Below, piece by piece: positions 58,953-64,000 of a stretch of DNA of 64,000 nt. The DNA comes from an uncultured Actinomycetota bacterium (GTDB taxonomy: Bacteria > Actinomycetota > Actinomycetes > Mycobacteriales > CADCTP01): assembly GCA_963728945.1 (NCBI GenBank), contig CAVSMA010000002.1, positions 674,723 to 738,722 on the forward strand, given 5' to 3'. The translations under genes were made by a program, and so were the position numbers. The notes under the pieces were generated by a model. It was given only the letters and a program-made list of their open reading frames with translations. It did no database searches and had not been told where the DNA came from. Every line of letters starts with the position of its first letter. Position 1 is the first letter of the stretch.

Positions 58953-60128
58953 TCAGCCGGCGGCCTCGACCGACGACGGCTCGGCCGACCGGTCGCCGGC
59001 CGGAAGAGCCGCCGCGCGCGGCGGCAGGCCGGTCAGCGCGCGCAGCTCCGCCTCCACCGCGGCGGCCGTCGCCGGCCAGCTGAACCGGGCCGCGTGCACC
59101 CGGGCGGCCCGGCCCATCGACTCCCGCAACGCCGGCTCGGTCAGCAGCCGGCGCAGCGCGACGGCGAACCCGGTCAGGTCGTCGGCGAGCAGCCCGGTCT
59201 CCCCGTCGAGCACCGACTCGGTCGGCCCGCCGGCGGACCGGAACGCCACCGTCGGCGTGCCGTGCGCCGCGCTCTCCACCACCGCGAGGCTCCAGCCCTC
59301 CTTCACCGACGGCAGCGCATGCACCCAGGCCGCGGCGAGCAGCCGGTGCTTGGTCACGTCGTCCACATATCCGGCGAACGTCACCGCGTCGCCGACTCCG
59401 AGCCGCTCGGCGTACGCCCGCAGCTGCGGCTCCCAGTAGCCGTGCCCGACGACGGTGAGCGTCGCGCCGGGGAGCGCGGCGACCGCGTCGATCGCCAGCT
59501 CGACCCGCTTGTGCGGCACCAGCCGGCCGAGCACGACCACGCTCGGCTGCGGGCTGCGCGGCCAGGCCGCGGTGGCCACCGGCAGCACCGGCGCGTCCAG
59601 CCCGGAGTAGACGACCCCGACCCGGTCCGCGTCGACGCCGACGGCGACCAGGTCGGACCGGGTGGCGGCGGAGACGGTCAGGTAGCGGCAGCGCCGGTAG
59701 ACCCGCGGCGCCAGCCGGGACTCCAACCACCAGCCGACCCGGCCGAGGGTCGGGCCGAAGACCGCGGTCCACTGCTCGCGGTGCAGGTGGTGGGTCACAT
59801 TGACGACCAGCGCCCGGGTGAACAGCGGCGCCCAGAACGGCATCCCGTTCTGCACGTCCAGCACCACGTCGTAGCCACCCCGCTGCCGGGCCAGTGCCAG
59901 CGCGGCCCGCGGGTAGACGGTGAACCGGCCGCCGCGGCGCACGTACGCCACCCCGTCGACGGTCTCGTCCGGCGCCGCGCCGGGGTAGCGGGCGCACCGC
60001 ACGGTCACCTCGTGCCCGAGCGCCGCCAGGCCGCTGGCCACCCGCTCGCAGAAGCTCTCCGCACCGCCGCCCTCGGGATGCCCCGAATCACGCCAGTTCA
60101 GGAGCAAGATGCGCAGCCCGTCCTGCAT
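58953..60128 (-). CDS. family 4 (GT-B) glycosyltransferase
   Basis: ATG 60128 inside the 420-aa ORF gives 391 aa (MQDGLRILLLNWRDSGHPEGGGAE...). E-x7-E motif EGWSLAVVESAAHGTPTVAF. Confidence 0.85.
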   Translation of the reverse strand: MQDGLRILLLNWRDSGHPEGGGAESFCERVASGLAALGHEVTVRCARYPGAAPDETVDGVAYVRRGGRFTVYPRAALALARQRGGYDVVLDVQNGMPFWAPLFTRALVVNVTHHLHREQWTAVFGPTLGRVGWWLESRLAPRVYRRCRYLTVSAATRSDLVAVGVDADRVGVVYSGLDAPVLPVATAAWPRSPQPSVVVLGRLVPHKRVELAIDAVAALPGATLTVVGHGYWEPQLRAYAERLGVGDAVTFAGYVDDVTKHRLLAAAWVHALPSVKEGWSLAVVESAAHGTPTVAFRSAGGPTESVLDGETGLLADDLTGFAVALRRLLTEPALRESMGRAARVHAARFSWPATAAAVEAELRALTGLPPRAAALPAGDRSAEPSSVEAAG

Positions 60129-60213
60129 CAGCCTCGACGCCCCCTTAGCGCTATAGAGGCGGCAGCGTAGTGGATCCCAGCGCCTCGTGTTACCCACCGG
60201 TACGGTCTGCGGC

Positions 60214-61062
60214 ATGTCGCGGCAGTGCGAGGTGTGCGGAGCCCGTCTGCGGGACTGGGTCCTGCGCGGCGGCGGAGTGCTGTTCCGCTGCCCGGACTGC
60301 GCCCACGTCGAGCGCGACCTGGCGGCCTGCCCGGCCGGCGCCCGGGATGTCGGCTACGGCGGCGACCCCGGCCTGGACGCCGCCCGGCTGCGGCTGACCG
60401 AGCGGCGGCTGCGCGCGCTCGTCCCGGGCGGCCGCTCGGTGTTCGAGATCGGGTACGGCTCGGGCGCGCTGCTGCGCCGGTTCCTCGACGCCGGCTGGTC
60501 CGTCGCCGGCGTCGACAAGGGCCAGCTCGAGGTCGGGGTCGACCCGGAGGTGCAGCGCACTGGGCGGCTCGACCGCGGCGAGCTGGAGGCGGTGCCGACC
60601 GCTGGCGAGCACGACCTCGTCGTCGGCGTGCACGTGCTCGAGCACCTGCGCGATCCGGCGGCCGGCCTGGCCGCCGCATACCGGTTGCTGCGTCCGGGCG
60701 GCACGCTGGCGCTGGTCACCCCGACCGCCGACTCGCTCGGACCGGACTGGTTCGGCGCCGCCTGGTGGCTGCTGGAGGACCCCACCCACGTGCGGTTCTT
60801 CTCTCCCGAGTCGGCTGGCCGCGCGTTGCGCCACACCGGGTTCACCGGCGTGCGGATGCGCCGGCTGGTGCTCGACACGCTGTCGATGGAGGCGGCCAGC
60901 GTGCGGCGGGCGATCGACCGGCGGCCGCGCCCGCGCGGGGTGCTGACCGAGCGTGGCACCGTGCTCGCCGCGCTGGCCGCGGCACCGATCACCGTTGCGG
61001 CGCGGGCCGTCCTGCCCCGGCTGCGGCCGTCGCTGGAACTGGTGGCTCACCGGCCCGGGTGA
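60214..61062 (+). CDS. class I SAM-dependent methyltransferase with an N-terminal zinc ribbon
   Basis: ATG 60214. CEVCG...CPDC (4 Cys), then motif I VFEIGYGSGALL and VVGVHVLEHL. Confidence 0.8.
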   Translation: MSRQCEVCGARLRDWVLRGGGVLFRCPDCAHVERDLAACPAGARDVGYGGDPGLDAARLRLTERRLRALVPGGRSVFEIGYGSGALLRRFLDAGWSVAGVDKGQLEVGVDPEVQRTGRLDRGELEAVPTAGEHDLVVGVHVLEHLRDPAAGLAAAYRLLRPGGTLALVTPTADSLGPDWFGAAWWLLEDPTHVRFFSPESAGRALRHTGFTGVRMRRLVLDTLSMEAASVRRAIDRRPRPRGVLTERGTVLAALAAAPITVAARAVLPRLRPSLELVAHRPG

Positions 61063-61114
61063 GAGTCGGGCTCCAACGCCCAAACGGTGCGGATCGCGGA
61101 CTAGGGTTGCATGC

Positions 61115-61879
61115 GTGCAACGATCCCGGGAGGCTGGCGGCGCCGTCCTCCCGCCAACCTCCGCCGCCCGCGCTGACTCCGCAGGTCTGCGACGATCGGC
61201 CAACCTGCTCCGGGCGTTCCGGGTCGAGCAGACCGACCCGGCGAGGTTCTACGGTTTGCTCGCCCGAGACTCGGTACGCATGGTGGGCGAGCACGGTTCA
61301 CTGGCGGGCCGCACGGTCCTCGACGTGGGTGCCGGACCGGTGCAGTTCGCCGCCGCGTTCGCCGCCGCCGGCGCCCGCTACGTCGCGCTCGACGCCGATC
61401 CCGCCGAGCTGCGCACCCGGCCGGCGATCGCCGCCCGGGGCGAGCGGCTGCCGCTCGCCGACCGGTCGGTCGACGTCTGCTTCTCCTCCAACGTCGTCGA
61501 GCACGTGCCGGCGCCGTGGCGGTTCGCCGACGAGCTGGTCCGGGTGACCCGCTCGGCCGGCCTGGTCGTCCTCGCGTACACGAACTGGCTCTCGCCGTGG
61601 GGCGGGCACGAGACCTCGCCCTGGCACTACCTGGGCGGCTACCCGGCCGCCGAGCGGTACGGCCGGCGCTACGGGCACCCGCCCAAGAACCGGTACGGCG
61701 CCGGCCTCTACCCGGTCTCGGTCGCCGCCGGGCTGCGCTGGGCCACCAGCCGTCCGGACGCCGAGCTGGTCGACGCACGGCCGCGCTACCTGCCGGCGTA
61801 CGCGCGGGCGCTGCTGCGGCTGCCGGCGCTGCGCGAGATCGCGACCTGGAACCTCTGGCTGGTGCTGCGCCGCCGATGA
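61115..61879 (+). CDS. class I SAM-dependent methyltransferase
   Basis: The start is uncertain (GTG 61115; the frame opens at 60953). Motif I VLDVGAGPVQFAAA, then VCFSSNVVEHV. Stop overlaps the next ATG (ATGA). Confidence 0.75.
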   Translation: MQRSREAGGAVLPPTSAARADSAGLRRSANLLRAFRVEQTDPARFYGLLARDSVRMVGEHGSLAGRTVLDVGAGPVQFAAAFAAAGARYVALDADPAELRTRPAIAARGERLPLADRSVDVCFSSNVVEHVPAPWRFADELVRVTRSAGLVVLAYTNWLSPWGGHETSPWHYLGGYPAAERYGRRYGHPPKNRYGAGLYPVSVAAGLRWATSRPDAELVDARPRYLPAYARALLRLPALREIATWNLWLVLRRR

Positions 61880-63999
61880 CCGACACCGCGCCGAGCCTGG
61901 TACGGCGGCTCCGGGTCACGACCGCCGCCGTGGCTCTCGTCGCGCTCGCGTTCAGCCAGGCGCCGGGCAAGCTGATCGGCGACACCAAGTCCGACCTCGT
62001 GCTGGACCCGGGCGGGTTCCTGCGCCGCGCGCTCGAGGCGTGGGACCCGCAGCAGGGCTTCGGGGTGATGGCCAACCAGTCCTACGGCTACCTGTGGCCG
62101 ATGGGGCCGTTCTTCTGGCTCGGCCACGAGCTCGGTGTGCCCGGCTGGGCGGTGCAGCGGGCCTGGTGGGCGCTGCTGCTCCTGGTCGGCTTCGCCGGCG
62201 CGCTCAAGCTGGCCGGCGCGCTCGGCATCGGCACCCCCGCGACCCGGCTGCTGGCGGCGCTGGCCTACACGCTCAGTCCACGGGCGTTGTCCGTGCTCGG
62301 CACGATCTCGGTCGAGGCGTGGCCGGCGGCGGTGTTGCCGTGGATCGTGCTGCCGCTGGTGCGCGGCGCCACCGGACAGACCAGCCCGCGTCGCGCCGCG
62401 GCCTGGTCCGGGGTCGCCGTGCTCTGCCTCGGCGGGGTGAACGCGACCGCGTCCGCCGCCGTGCTCCCGCTGCCGTTGCTCTACCTGCTCACCCGGCCGG
62501 CCGGCGTCCGCGGCCGGCTGCTGGCCTGGTGGGTCCCGGTGACGGTGCTGGCCGCGTCCTGGTGGGCGCTGCCGCTGTTGGTGCTCGGCCGGTACGGCTA
62601 CGACTTCCTCGACATGATCGAGACCGCGAAGGTCACCACCGCGGTCACCGGCCTGGTCGACACGCTGCGCGGCGGCGACCACTGGCTCGGCTACCTCGTC
62701 GTCGACGGCCGGCCGGTGTGGACCGCCGGCTGGGAGCTGGCCACCCGACCGGGGTTGGTGGTGGTGACCTCGCTGGTCGCGGCGGCCGGCCTGGCCGGGC
62801 TGCTGCTGCCGGGCCTTCCGGAGCGGCGCTGGCTGCTCGGCGGCGCGCTGCTCGGCACGGTGCTGGTCTCGGCCGCACACACCGGCGTGCTCACCGGCCC
62901 GCTGGCGCCGAGCCTGCAGTCGGCACTGGACAGCTGGCTGGCCCCGCTGCGCAACGTGCACAAGGCCGACCCGGTGCTGCGGTTGCCGCTCGCGCTCGGC
63001 CTGGCACACCTGCTCGCGGTGGCGGGTCGCGCCGCCGCTGCGGCCGGCCACCGGGTGCCGGCCGTCGGCGGTACGTCGCCGGCTCGTCGGGTGCCGGTGC
63101 GGGTCGCCGGCGCGGCCGCGCTCCCGGTCGTCGCCGGGCTGGTCGCGCTGAGCCTGCTGCCGGCCTGGGGCAGCGGGCTGGCGCCGACCGGCGCGTACGC
63201 GGCCACCCCCGCCTACTGGCAGCAGGCTGCGGACTGGCTCGACGAGCACGCGGACGGCGAGCGCACTCTGCTGCTGCCCTCCGCCAACGCGCCGGTCTAC
63301 CGGTGGGGGACGCCGCGGGACGAGCCGCTGCAGGCCCTGGCGTCCGCGCCGTGGGCGGTCCGGGACGGCGCCCCGCTCGGCGCGCCGGGCAGCACCCGCC
63401 TGCTCGACGGCCTCGACGCGCGGCTGGCGACCGGCCAGCCGTCCGCCGCGTACGCGGACGTGCTGGCCCGGGCCGGGATCCGGTTCGTGCTGCTGCGCAA
63501 CGACCTCGACCCGGACCGGTCCGGGTCCGAACGGCCGTCGGTGATCAGGGCCGCGCTGGCCGGCTCGCCCGGGCTGACCGAGGTGGCGGACTTCGGGCCG
63601 GCACAGCCGGTGGCGTTCCGGTCCGGTGACCACCTGTCCGGGGCGGTCGAACCGGACCCGCCAGCGCTGGAGGTCTTCGCGATCGCCGGTGCCGAGCGGA
63701 TCACCGCATACCCGGACGACGGGGCGGTCGCCCTGTCCGGCGGTCCGGAGGGCCTGCTCTCGCTGGCCGACGCCGGGCTGCTGGACGGTCGCGCGGTGAT
63801 GGGCACGATCGACGCCGAGGCCGCCGACGCCGACGAGACCAACCCCGACCAGCAGCCGCCGACCACGCTGGCCGAGGCCGGCACCGGCTCGGACGACGAC
63901 GCGGTCGTGCAGACCGACACCCAGCGCCGCCGGGCCTACAACCCCGGCGCCGATCCCGGCCGGCGCTACTCGGCCACGCTGTCCGCGGCCGACCCGCTG
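61876..63999 (+). CDS. second AftD-like (DUF3367) GT-C glycosyltransferase, 3' end outside the window
   Basis: Hand-translated from ATG 61876; it is absent from the ORF track because no stop occurs in the window. Sequence runs MTDTAPSLVRRL...GDTKSDLVLDPGGFLRRALEAWDPQQGFGVMANQSYGYLWPMGPFFWLG, polytopic N-terminus, and the frame stays open to the window edge. Confidence 0.8.
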   Translation, partial: MTDTAPSLVRRLRVTTAAVALVALAFSQAPGKLIGDTKSDLVLDPGGFLRRALEAWDPQQGFGVMANQSYGYLWPMGPFFWLGHELGVPGWAVQRAWWALLLLVGFAGALKLAGALGIGTPATRLLAALAYTLSPRALSVLGTISVEAWPAAVLPWIVLPLVRGATGQTSPRRAAAWSGVAVLCLGGVNATASAAVLPLPLLYLLTRPAGVRGRLLAWWVPVTVLAASWWALPLLVLGRYGYDFLDMIETAKVTTAVTGLVDTLRGGDHWLGYLVVDGRPVWTAGWELATRPGLVVVTSLVAAAGLAGLLLPGLPERRWLLGGALLGTVLVSAAHTGVLTGPLAPSLQSALDSWLAPLRNVHKADPVLRLPLALGLAHLLAVAGRAAAAAGHRVPAVGGTSPARRVPVRVAGAAALPVVAGLVALSLLPAWGSGLAPTGAYAATPAYWQQAADWLDEHADGERTLLLPSANAPVYRWGTPRDEPLQALASAPWAVRDGAPLGAPGSTRLLDGLDARLATGQPSAAYADVLARAGIRFVLLRNDLDPDRSGSERPSVIRAALAGSPGLTEVADFGPAQPVAFRSGDHLSGAVEPDPPALEVFAIAGAERITAYPDDGAVALSGGPEGLLSLADAGLLDGRAVMGTIDAEAADADETNPDQQPPTTLAEAGTGSDDDAVVQTDTQRRRAYNPGADPGRRYSATLSAADPL

Positions 64000-64000
64000 C

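Noticed and set aside
1-64000. A window-wide look for mobile elements, prophage, toxin-antitoxin pairs, restriction-modification genes or known defence-system hallmarks.
   Set aside because: No transposase, integrase, recombinase, phage structural, nuclease/helicase defence-type or TA-like gene pairs were recognisable. The three methyltransferases are small-molecule or glycan class I types embedded in the glycan locus, not DNA methyltransferases.

Overview
This is a very high-G+C actinobacterial chromosome segment. Its backbone synteny matches the conserved hisI-trpE...trpCBA-lgt...gltB...pdtaR...polA core region known from Mycobacterium and Streptomyces. From left to right the window contains: (1) a heterodimeric ABC exporter pair; (2) a zinc-ribbon hypothetical gene; (3) an OmpR-type response regulator whose partner histidine kinase has no intact reading frame; (4) an SDR; (5) hisI-trpE, a Trp-associated membrane protein, a second two-component pair, then trpC-trpB-trpA; (6) a quinone oxidoreductase and a NUDIX hydrolase on the minus strand; (7) lgt with a repeat-rich acidic tail; (8) a complete nine-gene form-II coxSLM-type molybdo-hydroxylase cluster (coxD, coxE, XdhC, MocA-like, coxG); (9) gltB, which is frameshifted and has no adjacent gltD; (10) a PLP decarboxylase; (11) a ~430-bp array of ~44-bp hairpin repeats abutting tRNA-Leu(CAA); (12) a pdtaR-like ANTAR regulator followed by a livJHMGF-type importer; (13) a lipoprotein, a GNAT, polA and a secreted hydrolase. 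From ~45.5 kb to the window end lies an ~18-kb envelope-glycan locus. It holds two AftD-like (DUF3367) GT-C enzymes, two MOP flippases, a GHMP sugar kinase, one GT2, two GT4, three SAM methyltransferases and uncharacterised membrane proteins. I saw no transposase, integrase, CRISPR array or recognisable defence genes. The most interesting signals are the paired AftD-like glycan locus, the tRNA-adjacent hairpin-repeat array, a 23-bp perfect hairpin that spans a whole intergenic gap and buries an RBS, in-frame perfect tandem repeats in two envelope enzymes, and the orphan-substrate form-II cox cluster. Several genes show apparent frameshifts, some at short homopolymer runs. These could be assembly indels or real decay, and only read-level data can decide. 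All family calls come from motif recognition by eye, and no database search was run.
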